This document shows positions 49,114 through 58,315 of a stretch of 64,000 nt of DNA, piece by piece (the stretch's first letter is position 1; each line of letters opens with the position of its first letter). The DNA lies in NCBI GenBank assembly GCA_963674865.2, contig CAXXYE010000008.1, forward strand, positions 224,001-288,000, written 5' to 3'. The position numbers and the translations under genes were made by a program. The DNA is from Candidatus Hydrogenedentota bacterium. Lineage in GTDB: Bacteria > Hydrogenedentota > Hydrogenedentia > Hydrogenedentales > SLHB01. The notes below the pieces were generated by a model, which searched no databases, was not told the DNA's origin, and saw only the letters and a list, made by a program, of their open reading frames with translations.

Positions 49114-49683
49114 CACGCGGAACGCATTGCTGAGGATGCCGACTACGCGGGAATCCGAATTCGATTCCGGGGCGCGCTGGAATCGGCCAGGATCAACACG
49201 CAAATCGACGTTGGTTTCGGAGACGTAGTCTTTCCTGAGCCGACACCCATCGTCTTGCCGACCTTGCTTTACTTACCTGCCCCAGCATTGCAGTGATACA
49301 GCCGCGAAAGCACAATCGCGGAGAAGTTCGAAGCCATGGGGAGTTTGGGGGAGCTCAACAGCCGCATGAAGGACTTCTTCGACATTTGGCTGCTCCTGCA
49401 GTCCTTTGATTTCGAGGGGCAGGACCTCGCCGAGGCCATCAGACGAACCTTCGACCGACGCGGAACTGAGCTGCCTGAATCCATCACCGCCTTCGCACCG
49501 GAATTCGCCATGGCCAAACAAGTGCAATGGCGCGCCTTCACAAGAAGGCTCAGGGAAGGCGCTGACGTTCCCGATTTGTCCACAGTGACCTCGGCAATCG
49601 CCGAGTTTCTCTCACCGATTATCCTGACGATCCATGGAGCCGGTCGATGTCCGAGCGGTGGCGCTGTTCGCGTCCGACAGTGA
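49114..49683 (+). pseudogene. AbiEii-type nucleotidyltransferase toxin, 5'-truncated with internal stop
   Basis: RIAEDADYAGIR...QIDVGFGD...LPTLL...LQ*YSRESTIAEKFEAM...NSRMKDFFD; TGA at 49294-49296; no N-terminus or antitoxin. Confidence 0.85.
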
Positions 49684-49739
49684 CCAGGATAACCGAACGC
49701 GCGGGGCTTCGCTGCGTCTGCCTAGGCGAGGTCCGCAAC

Positions 49740-50645
49740 GGAGGTCGGGTTTGCCCACGTCATCGAACTCCACGGCATCCGTGAGCGTTCCGGGCTGCAG
49801 GGCCGCATAGTGGCGCCGGCAAGTTTCCGGGGAATTGCCCATCAATGCGGAGACCTTGTACAGGCTCTCGTCCTTCATTGCCAGCTGGCTGCCGAAGGTA
49901 TGGCGGTAGTCGAGGCAGGATCAAGAAAGGCGCGCCTTCTTGTTCGCTTCGCGAAGCGCGTGGGAGAAATTGTCCCCATCCCACCGGCGCCCCTTCAGCG
50001 AGGGGAAGAGCCATCGCCCGGGAACCACGCGGTAGGCGTAGGCGTCCAGATAGATCCGGAGGGCCCGGCTTACGGGGACGGCGCGATTCCGTTTTGTCTT
50101 GGGTTCCCAGAATTCCCCTTCCACCGTCTTTGCGTGCACTCGGATGACTCCGTGCACGCCGGCCGTTACATCCAAGTCGTTGAGTTGCGGCCACAGCGCC
50201 TCTTCACGGCGAAGCCCGGCGTAGATGTAGACGGCGACCATCGTCTGCAGCACGGGATGGTCGACAAGCGCCTCGAGTTGCTGCGCGATCTGCCTCTTCG
50301 TCAGGAACCGGATCTCGGGCGCGGACTCCCGCTGGCGTTCGACCTTGGCCGCGGGGGTTCTGGCCGCCCGGCATGCGGATCCCGCGCTGGTCCATCGCCC
50401 AAGAAGACAGGCGGCTCAGTACCTCCCGGTACCGGTTTGCCGTCTTGGGGGCGACGCTCTCGTCGCGTATGCGTGCGGCGATCACCTCGGCGATCTCGTC
50501 GACCGTGACCTGCTCGATGTACTGAGACAGAATGCGGAACCGATCCTGCTTTCGCCTGGGCCGGCGTCTTCTGCGCCACCCGTTGCCTGCCACACCGGTT
50601 TCCGAGAGGCCGTCGCAGATGGGGCCAAAGAGGTCGCTCAGGTAG
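49740..50645 (-). mobile_element. Tyrosine recombinase/integrase pseudogene (several frameshifts)
   Basis: Fragments in different frames: APKTANRYREVLSRL; EIRFLT; YAGLRREE; VPVSRAL; DYRHTFGSQLA; MGNSPETCRRHY. Confidence 0.85.
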
Positions 50646-50753
50646 GTGGTATTTCCGAGCAAGCGCGAGCCAGGTCTTGCGTACGTCGTCCTGCGAAGCG
50701 TCTTTGGCCACACCGAGGATATCGTAGAAGGTCTTTACTCTGATTGGCGGCAT
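50646..50753 (-). pseudogene. J-domain (DnaJ-like) 5' fragment
   Basis: MPPIRVKTFYDILGVAKDASQDDVRKTWLALARKYH, broken just before the PD of HPD and joined to integrase sequence. Confidence 0.75.
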
Positions 50754-50903
50754 GACCCGCAACACCTCAACACCGACGGGTCCGTCACGTCCCGGGGCGA
50801 CTCTGGTCTCCCATGCGGAAGCCCTGACGGCCGACTTCTTCAACGCTTTGCGACATGGGATTCGATACTGGAGCGATGCTTACTATTCCGGTAGCTGACG
50901 ATG

Positions 50904-51236
50904 TCAGCGGGACGGCTTCTCCGGGTGGCGCCAGCCGGCCATCTTTGCCACCGCACTGAGCACCGAGGCGGGCAGGTGTATGAGTGAAGCCAGGTAGCCT
51001 GGGTGTTCTTGCCCTGTTTCTGCCTGCATTTCCTTCACGTTCGCATCTGTCATTGATGCCAAGTTCCCCTTGAACTCCTGCAGAGGCGTCCGTCTCTTTC
51101 TGGCGTGTCTGGCACGTCCTACGCCCTTGCTTCGCATCCATGCCACCATTTCCGTCACTTTCTCTTCGGTCATTGAGACCACTTGCTTCATGAGCTTCTC
51201 TCGCGCCCCTGCGTTCTTCATGGCATATGACTCCAC
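50904..51236 (-). CDS. Small hypothetical protein with internal duplication
   Basis: SMTEEKVTEM / SMTDANVKEM repeat; co-oriented with neighbours; start uncertain. Confidence 0.45.
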   Translation of the reverse strand: MESYAMKNAGAREKLMKQVVSMTEEKVTEMVAWMRSKGVGRARHARKRRTPLQEFKGNLASMTDANVKEMQAETGQEHPGYLASLIHLPASVLSAVAKMAGWRHPEKPSR

Positions 51237-51455
51237 TTGGTGACAGCCACGCTACGCGCCCGATCAATTCTAGTAACGGGGCCGGGCGTAAGCACCTGCC
51301 CGCCAACCTCTGTTGTGATTTCACTTTGGGCGGTCGCTGCCAGTCCCCGCGCCAGGAGAGGCACTGCCCAAGATTCCCTTTGCAGGTTATGGGCTTCTCG
51401 TTCCTTAGTAAACGACTTGGTCGATGCCATTCTTTACCTTTTCCGCTCCTTTCGC

Positions 51456-51962
51456 TTAGGAGGGCGTTCGGTTATGCATCATCCAGTACTGGCCGACGGT
51501 TTCTACGACGGCCTGAAAATCAAGGAAAGACAGAGGCTTGATGATGTAGCTATTTGCCCCGCAGCGATAGCTTTCCTTGATGTCACTGGCGGATTGGGAA
51601 TCCGTGAAGACGACAATGGGCGCGAGTGTAAGCGCGTCTTGCGGCTCGAGCGACCTTATCTGGCCAAGTACGGAAAAACCGTCCGAGCCGGGTAGCGCCA
51701 AGTCCAGTAGGATCAGTTTTGGGGGATCTTCCCCGACGCGGTCCGTCCAGGCTCCGCGACTGAAAAGGAAGTCGAGCGCTTCAGGCCCGTCCCCAACGGC
51801 AAGGACGAGGACATCCGGTATACAGTCCTCCAAGGCAAGCACGATGGATGCGCGCTGGCTGTCGTTATCCTCCACGACCAGGATGTCTACCGGGTCATCA
51901 TTCTTCACGACGCTGTCTCCATCTGCCGAGGGCCGTGGTCCCAAATCCTTTTGCACCTTCAT
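51456..51962 (-). CDS. Single-domain response regulator (Rcp1-like)
   Basis: ILVVEDN, LILLDLALPGSDG, VFTDS, SYRCGANSYIIKP; the true start may be a downstream GTG. Confidence 0.9.
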   Translation of the reverse strand: MKVQKDLGPRPSADGDSVVKNDDPVDILVVEDNDSQRASIVLALEDCIPDVLVLAVGDGPEALDFLFSRGAWTDRVGEDPPKLILLDLALPGSDGFSVLGQIRSLEPQDALTLAPIVVFTDSQSASDIKESYRCGANSYIIKPLSFLDFQAVVETVGQYWMMHNRTPS

Positions 51963-51968
51963 ATCCCA

Positions 51969-52022
51969 AGTGTACTTGTTTGTGATTAACTCCTGGCAAA
52001 GCTACGGCAAAGGCTTGGCAAT
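51969..52022 (-). promoter_or_regulatory. 11-bp-period TTTGCC box promoter A
   Basis: Minus strand: ATTGCC aagcc TTTGCC gtagc TTTGCC aggag TTAATC acaaacaag TACACT. Confidence 0.7.
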
Positions 52023-52143
52023 GATGTTGTGCTCCGGTTGATGTGAAGAGGTCCTTGGCTCACAGACGCCAATGCTCCCCTCCATACTCAGGGCGAGTAT
52101 CTTAGGCCAATAGCGACGGGTCCTCGGCTGAACGGGGGGGGTG

Positions 52144-52197
52144 TTTACCGAAGCTTCGTCAATTCTTTGCCTGCGTTTTGTGGGGAATGGCAGGCTC
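52144..52197 (+). promoter_or_regulatory. 11-bp-period TTTGCC box promoter B (upstream of pfkA fragment)
   Basis: TTTACC gaagc TTCGTC aattc TTTGCC tgcgt TTTGTG gggaatgg CAGGCT. Confidence 0.55.
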
Positions 52198-52281
52198 CAT
52201 AGCGGATCCAGGCAGGTCCATATGTAAGGCCTCGGTCAAGAGCAGTCCAACCGATAGTGGGAGAACCTACGGTAGTAACCA

Positions 52282-52660
52282 ATGAAACGAATCGGCGTAC
52301 TTACGAGTGGGGGCGATTCTCCAGGGATGAATGCGGCTATACGGGCGGTCGTCCGCACGGGCTTCTATCACGGTATCGAGGTCTGCGGGATCGACCGTGG
52401 CTACCAGGGATTGGTCGATGGCAACGTCGAGCTGATGGGGCCGCGTTCCGTAAGCGGCGTCATCAACCGGGGAGGAACCATACTCGACACTGCCCGGTGC
52501 AAGCCCTTCTACGAGGCCGTTAGCAGGACCAAGGCCGCCGAGGAAGTCGAGAAACACGGTATCGAAGGACTGGCTGTCATAGGGGGCGACGGCACTCTAC
52601 GAGGGGCGCTGAAACTCTCCGAGGAGCACCGAATCAAGTGCATCGGCGTGCCGGCCACGC
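52282..52660 (+). pseudogene. pfkA: 6-phosphofructokinase, N-terminal fragment
   Basis: [45 protein letters not shown]; homology stops at GVPAT, before the catalytic TIDND. Confidence 0.88.
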
Positions 52661-52686
52661 ATTTTCTTCCGTCTCGATGTATTCCG

Positions 52687-52740
52687 AGGGTCGCTGGCCG
52701 TGATAACGTTCCGCAGAGGCTGCGCCAAAGGTTCGGTAAC
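52687..52740 (-). promoter_or_regulatory. Degenerate TTTGCC box promoter G (orphan)
   Basis: Minus strand: GTTACC gaacc TTTGGC gcagc CTCTGC ggaac GTTATC acggccagc GACCCT. Confidence 0.35.
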
Positions 52741-52862
52741 CGCTCTTTTTCGCAACGATACATGTGGAGAGATCCTTCAGTCACCGACGCCGATATCCTC
52801 TTCCATGGCCAGGGAGATCTCTCGGCTCAATAGTGACCGGTATCCTGCTGAATACGGGGAAG

Positions 52863-52916
52863 TTGACCGAAGTTTTGCCCGCCCTTTGCCAAGTGTTTGC
52901 GTTCGTTCGGCACAAT
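52863..52916 (+). promoter_or_regulatory. 11-bp-period TTTGCC box promoter C (upstream of DUF3309 and radical SAM genes)
   Basis: TTGACC gaagt TTTGCC cgccc TTTGCC aagtg TTTGCG ttcgttcgg CACAAT. Confidence 0.75.
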
Positions 52917-53007
52917 AACATCGATGAGGTGGGCGCGGTCGGGCGCGATTGCCGAGAGGCAGTGGCGAAGGGCAGCGCCAACGGTCAACTTAGGAAAGGA
53001 GCCCATC

Positions 53008-53172
53008 ATGGGCTTGATCTTGTTGATGATAGTGATGTTGTTGGTCTTGGGCGGTTTGCCGAGGTGGCGTTACAGCCGGAACTGGGGCTACGGTCCCAGC
53101 AGCACTTTGGGCGTTGTGTTCGTGGTCGTTTTGGTACTCGTGTTGTTGGGGCACATATCCCGCGGCTTGTGA
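53008..53172 (+). CDS. DUF3309-family small membrane protein
   Basis: LGGLPRWRYSRNWGYGPSS motif between two TM helices; RBS AAGGAG. Confidence 0.85.
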   Translation: MGLILLMIVMLLVLGGLPRWRYSRNWGYGPSSTLGVVFVVVLVLVLLGHISRGL

Positions 53173-53415
53173 TGCGAGGGCATCATTCCCGACCCGGGTT
53201 CAGTATAGGCGCGCTTGATGGTGACAGCATACTGTCGCGCCCCCCCTTCGCCGCCTGGGACGGCGGCGAAGGATCAACTACAGCGGCCGTGGTGCGGGGA
53301 AAGGCCTCGTTTCTTGCTGCGCGCGAAGACTGGCAGCCGCCGCGCTTTCGGCGGGCCGCACCGGGTGAGGTTTTCCCCTTGGTTACATGGAGATGCTTTC
53401 CGGAGACATTGGCAC

Positions 53416-55512
53416 ATGAAGCACTTACACGTAGTATACATTCGACCATCACGCTACGATGACGACGGTTACGTCGTGCGGTTTGCGCGGGGCGTACTGC
53501 CTTCTAACACACTTTGTTGTCTTGAGAGCCTGACCCAAGGGGTGGCGCAGAGGAACGACCTGGGTCTGGATGTCGAGGTGACCGTGGACACATTCGACGA
53601 CACGGTGCAGCGTGTGCCGATCCGCCGTATCGCGAAGATCAACTACCGGCCTAACACGACGGTCGTGGTGGGATTTGTGGGCGTGCAGAGCAACCAGTTC
53701 ATGCGGGCTACGGACCTTGCGCTGGAATTGCGCGAAGCGGGCGTGCAGGTCATGGTCGGCGGTTTCCACGTGAGTGGCATGTTGGCGCTCTTCGAGAAGC
53801 CCTCCCACGAACTTCAGCGGCTCCTGGATCAGGGAGTCACGCTGGTGAAGGGTGAAGTCGAAGCGGCGGGAGTCATGACGATGCTGCTGCGGGACGCCGT
53901 AAGCAGCTCTATGAAGCCAATTTACGACATCACGGAGTTCCCGAACCTGGTCGACGCGCCCGTGCCGCTTGTCAACGGGAAGCTCAAGCGACGGTTCTTT
54001 GGGCGGCGCACCGCCACGATCGACACGAGCCGAGGGTGCCCGTTCAACTGTTCGTTCTGCACGATCATCAACGTCCAAGGAAACAAGATGCGCTACCGTC
54101 CCTCGGCCTTGGTGTTGAAGGCTATCGAGGAGAACTATACGCGTGGGATTCGATTCTACTTCTTCACCGACGACAACTTCTCACGAAATCCCGTGTGGGA
54201 GGAGATCTTCGACGGGCTTATCGCCTTGCGAAAGCGAGGGATCAAGATCCAGTTTATGATGCAGACGGACACGCAGGCACACCGGCTCCCACATTTCGTC
54301 GAGAAGGCAGCCCAAGCGGGGTGTTACCTGGCTTTCATCGGCATGGAGAGCGTGAATCCGGAGAATCTCGAGGCCGTTGGCAAACGCCAGAATCGTGCGC
54401 AAGAATACGAGCAGATGGTGGAGCTGTGGCACCAGCACGATGTCCTCGTGCACGTCGGGTACATCGTTGGCTTGCCCTTCGATTCGCGTGAGTCCGTCCA
54501 CCACGACATCGAGTATCTGCGCAATCAGATCCGAGTGGACCTGGCGTCGTTCTTCATGCTGACGCCGTTGCCTGGATCGCGCGATCATTGGCAAATGGTT
54601 CAAGACAAGGTGTCCGTCGACGGGGACTACAACGATTACGACGGGCTCCACGAGACGTTCCAGCATGGTCTCATGCCGAACGGCGCCTGGTGGGCCGCCT
54701 ATGACGATGCGATGCACGTGTTCTATAGCAAGGAAAACATCATCGCCGCCTTGCTGCGCACCGAGTCCCAGAACTACCGGCAAATGCTTGGGCTTTCCAT
54801 CTGGTACCGCTACGCTGCCTTGGAAGGGTTACACCCGATGGCGACCGGGGTCTTCCGCCTCAAGGACCGGCGTTCCCGGCGTCCGGTCTTTCCAAGGGAA
54901 AGCGCACTGCAATACGGCTGGCGTCGGATAAAGGACTCCTTTCACGGCCTGAAGGTCTATGGCGGCCTCTTCTTTGAATTCCAGGAGATCTGGATGTTGA
55001 CCCGGAAGCCCGAGGATCCACGCTGGGCCACCCTCGCCGACCTGCGCACGAAATGGACGGAGGTGCAGCGGCGCGTCGCGGACTACAACCTCCAGGGACG
55101 CTATTCCGAAGCCGCTAAGGAACTCAAAGCGATCCTGTCCAGCTCTGCGGAGCGACTGCGACAATTGAGCCGGCCAGGCAGTCAGATCAGCTTCTCACTC
55201 CGCCGAAAGCTACGAAAGAAAGCAGCGGAAGCGGAGGGCTACCTCCGGTCCTTCGACGAGCGGGCACCCGGCTGGAACCACGTCGTCGATGCCCAACGCT
55301 TCGTGAGTCAAACCATCATCGCCGGTTACGAAGAGGTCGCGATTCGCTATGTGGCGAAACGTCGTCAATTCAACGCGTTTCGCCGGGACTTGATCAAGCG
55401 AATCAAAGCGGGGCAACTCCTAGGGATCCATGTATTGCAAACTCCCTATGCGGCGGCCTGCGAAGTCTTTTTTGCCTCGCGATTCGCCATGCATTTCTTG
55501 GCCCACATTTGA
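53416..55512 (+). CDS. B12-binding-type radical SAM protein with long helical C-terminal extension
   Basis: SRGCPFNCSFC (CxxxCxxC), FFTDDNF, FIGMES, LTPLPGS; N-terminal GGFHVSG. Confidence 0.85.
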   Translation: MKHLHVVYIRPSRYDDDGYVVRFARGVLPSNTLCCLESLTQGVAQRNDLGLDVEVTVDTFDDTVQRVPIRRIAKINYRPNTTVVVGFVGVQSNQFMRATDLALELREAGVQVMVGGFHVSGMLALFEKPSHELQRLLDQGVTLVKGEVEAAGVMTMLLRDAVSSSMKPIYDITEFPNLVDAPVPLVNGKLKRRFFGRRTATIDTSRGCPFNCSFCTIINVQGNKMRYRPSALVLKAIEENYTRGIRFYFFTDDNFSRNPVWEEIFDGLIALRKRGIKIQFMMQTDTQAHRLPHFVEKAAQAGCYLAFIGMESVNPENLEAVGKRQNRAQEYEQMVELWHQHDVLVHVGYIVGLPFDSRESVHHDIEYLRNQIRVDLASFFMLTPLPGSRDHWQMVQDKVSVDGDYNDYDGLHETFQHGLMPNGAWWAAYDDAMHVFYSKENIIAALLRTESQNYRQMLGLSIWYRYAALEGLHPMATGVFRLKDRRSRRPVFPRESALQYGWRRIKDSFHGLKVYGGLFFEFQEIWMLTRKPEDPRWATLADLRTKWTEVQRRVADYNLQGRYSEAAKELKAILSSSAERLRQLSRPGSQISFSLRRKLRKKAAEAEGYLRSFDERAPGWNHVVDAQRFVSQTIIAGYEEVAIRYVAKRRQFNAFRRDLIKRIKAGQLLGIHVLQTPYAAACEVFFASRFAMHFLAHI

Positions 55513-55940
55513 CGACCGGGGCGCCAACAAACAGTAGTAACGTAGACATACGCCATTAGTGAGGGCCGTTCCCAAGCGGCCGGAAAGGGCCGCGGACTGT
55601 GCTTGTTCCGTGTTGCGTATGCAAAAAGGTCCAAATCGATGGGCGCTAGAAAAAGGCGCCGCCGTCATACGCCGAGGACCAGGTGTGGAATAGGTACTGC
55701 CCCCAGCGCTTCGATGTTGCCATCGCGAGGGCACACGCGAAGCACCTCAGTCCTCAGGGGCCCACTGCCTGGTCCTCAGCGTTTGCTTCTCGCGGCGACG
55801 GACATCGTGCAAACCGGATACCGGATGCCGGTGTCGTGAAGCATCTCTTCGGGGAGGGCCGAAGGGGTTCCTAGCGTCATGGCAACCAATGTCACGACCA
55901 TTACAGAACCGTTGTTGGGACGCCACTGAATCCGCGCGTT

Positions 55941-55995
55941 TTTACGAAAACTTTGCCGACTATTGGCCGCAATTTTGCGCTAGCCTGGCAAACTG
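55941..55995 (+). promoter_or_regulatory. 11-bp-period TTTGCC box promoter D (upstream of the RR, nucleotidyltransferase and sigma-2 genes)
   Basis: TTTACG aaaac TTTGCC gacta TTGGCC gcaat TTTGCG ctagcctgg CAAAACT. Confidence 0.7.
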
Positions 55996-56200
55996 ACAGA
56001 CGTGATGCGGACGCAATCGTCTGAGGCTATCGCGTGGAGCGGCCACCCGACAGAGGGCAGTTGTTTCGGGACCTATGCTGCCAAGCCAATCGCGAGAAAT
56101 CTACGATTCGCCGACTGACGAGGCTCCGGTGATTCAGCGTCGCTCGTGATGTCTTACGCGGGAGAACTGAGGTCCGCCGGATCAGCGGGAGAAGGTAACG

Positions 56201-56608
56201 ATGGGCGAACACGTCTTGGTGGTGGATGACGAAGAGTATATGCGCTCGTTCTTGTCGCAGGCGTTGTCCCGAGCTGGTTTCTTCGTCACGACGGTTGCTG
56301 ACGCCACGGAGGCCTTGGCGTTATTGACGAATGGTGCCGCCGTGCCCGTCGACTTCGATGTTCTGCTGACGGACTTCAATCTGCCGAGCATTACTGGATT
56401 GGATCTTGTCGATGCCTTGAGATGCGACGGCGTGGAATTGCCGTGTCTTCTGATGTCTGGAAGCTCCAACGAAATGCTGGCTTCAGAGGCACTGTCACGA
56501 GGTTGTAAGGGATTCATGAAGAAGCCCTTCAGTATGCCTGTATTGGTCGAACACATACGCGATGCGCTCGAGTTCCGACCTGAGCCGGATCTGGCGCCGC
56601 ATCAGTAG
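56201..56608 (+). CDS. Single-domain response regulator (CheY-like)
   Basis: VLVVDDE, LLTDFNLP..TG, MSG, FMKKPF. Confidence 0.9.
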   Translation: MGEHVLVVDDEEYMRSFLSQALSRAGFFVTTVADATEALALLTNGAAVPVDFDVLLTDFNLPSITGLDLVDALRCDGVELPCLLMSGSSNEMLASEALSRGCKGFMKKPFSMPVLVEHIRDALEFRPEPDLAPHQ

Positions 56609-56807
56609 GCTCCCCGCTGGAATGGGCGGCTTGAGACATGGTCCTTGCCGGAGGGACAAGCAGACCTGCGCGACCTTTGGAACGGAACCAAGGACGAGGT
56701 GATCGGCATGAAGCAAGCTGAAAGCACAGAAGTCTTGGAGGAAATGCTGTTTTACCCCACGGAGAGGTGCTCTATGGCGGCGTTTGCGCTGTTGAAGGGG
56801 AGGAATC

Positions 56808-57917
56808 ATGGTTGCCAAGGCACTTAGTGCTCCCAATCGTTCGGCGCTCATGTCGTCCACAACAAGCCGCCCGGAAAACCAACGTCAGACACGATGGGGA
56901 ATTGTGCTTGCCGGAGGCGATGGGGCACGGATGCGTTCCCTAATCGGCCACTGGCTCGGGGAAGATCGCCCCAAGCAATACTGTGCGTTTGTCGGAAGCC
57001 GTTCCATGCTTCAACACACTATTGACCGAGCACGCAGCGTCCTCTCCGAGGAACATGTCGTCACGGTTATTGGACGGGGCCACCGCAAGTTCTTGGATGA
57101 ATCCATGAACAAGAGCCTGAACGGGCTGGTGCTCGAACAGCCGCGTAATCTAGGCACAACGCCGGGAGTGCTCTTGGCGACAGCCTTTGTTCTCGCGGAT
57201 GACCCGGAGGCGACGGTTATTCTCTTACCTTCAGACCATTTTGTGCACCCGGAATCCCGATTTTGTGACCACGTGAATCGTGCCTTTGAGTTGGCCGAAA
57301 AGTACGGCGATATGTTCATACTTGCTGCTGCCATTCCCGACCGCGCGGAAACCGAGTACGGCTGGATAGACCCAAGCGCAGCCCAGATGAATGCAAGCAG
57401 GACCCTCCCTCATGCTCCGACGAAAGTGATTCGCTTCCGAGAAAAACCGGGCGTGAACGAAGCCCAAAGGTTGTTGCGGCAAGGCAGTCTTTGGAGCACC
57501 ATGGTGGTAGCTGTCAAGGCGCGGACACTCTGGACTCTGGCCCGGCAGCTTCTCCCCGAGATAGCCTACAGATTCGATGCATTCCTGGTGGTGTTGCGCG
57601 CCATACGTGAGGGGCGTCTAGGAGCACAGTATGAGGCGGCCGCGCTTATGCGCCTCTATGAAGACTTGGCGCCCGCAGACTTTTCGAAAGACATCCTTCA
57701 GCGCGTTCCCCATCTCAGCATGGTCTTGCCGATGGCCGGTGTGGATTGGTGCGATTGGGGGCATCCCCAGCGCGTGAGAGAAACCTTAGTCCGTCTGGGG
57801 CGGCGACCGACCTCTGAACCTGAACTAGACTCGGCACAGACCCGAACAATTGCCGCAAGAGAAAGGCACATCAGATATGAACACGGCCCAACAAGTGAAG
57901 CAGCTAGAAGGATTTGA
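56808..57917 (+). CDS. Mannose-1-phosphate guanylyltransferase-like nucleotidyltransferase (no isomerase domain)
   Basis: IVLAGGDGAR, PKQY, EQPRNLGT, LPSDH, TEYGWI, FREKP, WCDWG; RBS GGGGAGG. Confidence 0.85.
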   Translation: MVAKALSAPNRSALMSSTTSRPENQRQTRWGIVLAGGDGARMRSLIGHWLGEDRPKQYCAFVGSRSMLQHTIDRARSVLSEEHVVTVIGRGHRKFLDESMNKSLNGLVLEQPRNLGTTPGVLLATAFVLADDPEATVILLPSDHFVHPESRFCDHVNRAFELAEKYGDMFILAAAIPDRAETEYGWIDPSAAQMNASRTLPHAPTKVIRFREKPGVNEAQRLLRQGSLWSTMVVAVKARTLWTLARQLLPEIAYRFDAFLVVLRAIREGRLGAQYEAAALMRLYEDLAPADFSKDILQRVPHLSMVLPMAGVDWCDWGHPQRVRETLVRLGRRPTSEPELDSAQTRTIAARERHIRYEHGPTSEAARRI

Positions 57918-58260
57918 GCAGGTCCTGCTCTCCTATGCGGAAATGTGCTATTCGGTGGCATTTGCGTTGACGCGCAATCCGCGCCGGGCGCAGGATCTGG
58001 CGAGGTATGCCCTGACACGGGCATGGCTTCTGCGCGCCACTGCGGCCGGCAGGAAAGACATCAAGCATACGCTCCTGAAAACGTTGCGTGAAAGGTTTCT
58101 TGAATACTACTGCCAGTCTCCCGGCGTTATCAGGAACGCCGCAACTCCCGGACAGGATGCAGTAGTTATGGCCCAAGGCGTAGAGCCTGGTGTCGAGAAG
58201 GTTTCACTCGGTGCGTCCCAACTGTGGTGCAGACCTCGTTGTACAGGATTTCACCCCTGA
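57877..58260 (+). CDS. ECF-sigma region-2-like protein lacking region 4 (intact mini-sigma or truncation)
   Basis: FEQVLLSYAEMCYSVAFALTRNPRRAQDLARYALTRAW resembles ECF sigma2; no HTH downstream. Confidence 0.55.
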   Translation: MNTAQQVKQLEGFEQVLLSYAEMCYSVAFALTRNPRRAQDLARYALTRAWLLRATAAGRKDIKHTLLKTLRERFLEYYCQSPGVIRNAATPGQDAVVMAQGVEPGVEKVSLGASQLWCRPRCTGFHP

Positions 58261-58315
58261 TGGCTACGTCGTGAATTGAGAGCGTCGGCGCAAGATGGCG
58301 GCCCAAAGAATGCGC

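Noticed and set aside
49294..49296. In-frame TGA in AbiEii as selenocysteine or readthrough
   Set aside because: The position is not a Cys site and the gene is also 5'-truncated, so a nonsense mutation is the simpler explanation.
55513..55940. Possible small ORFs, or a minus-strand partner for promoter D
   Set aside because: No 11-bp periodic series and no convincing ORF found.
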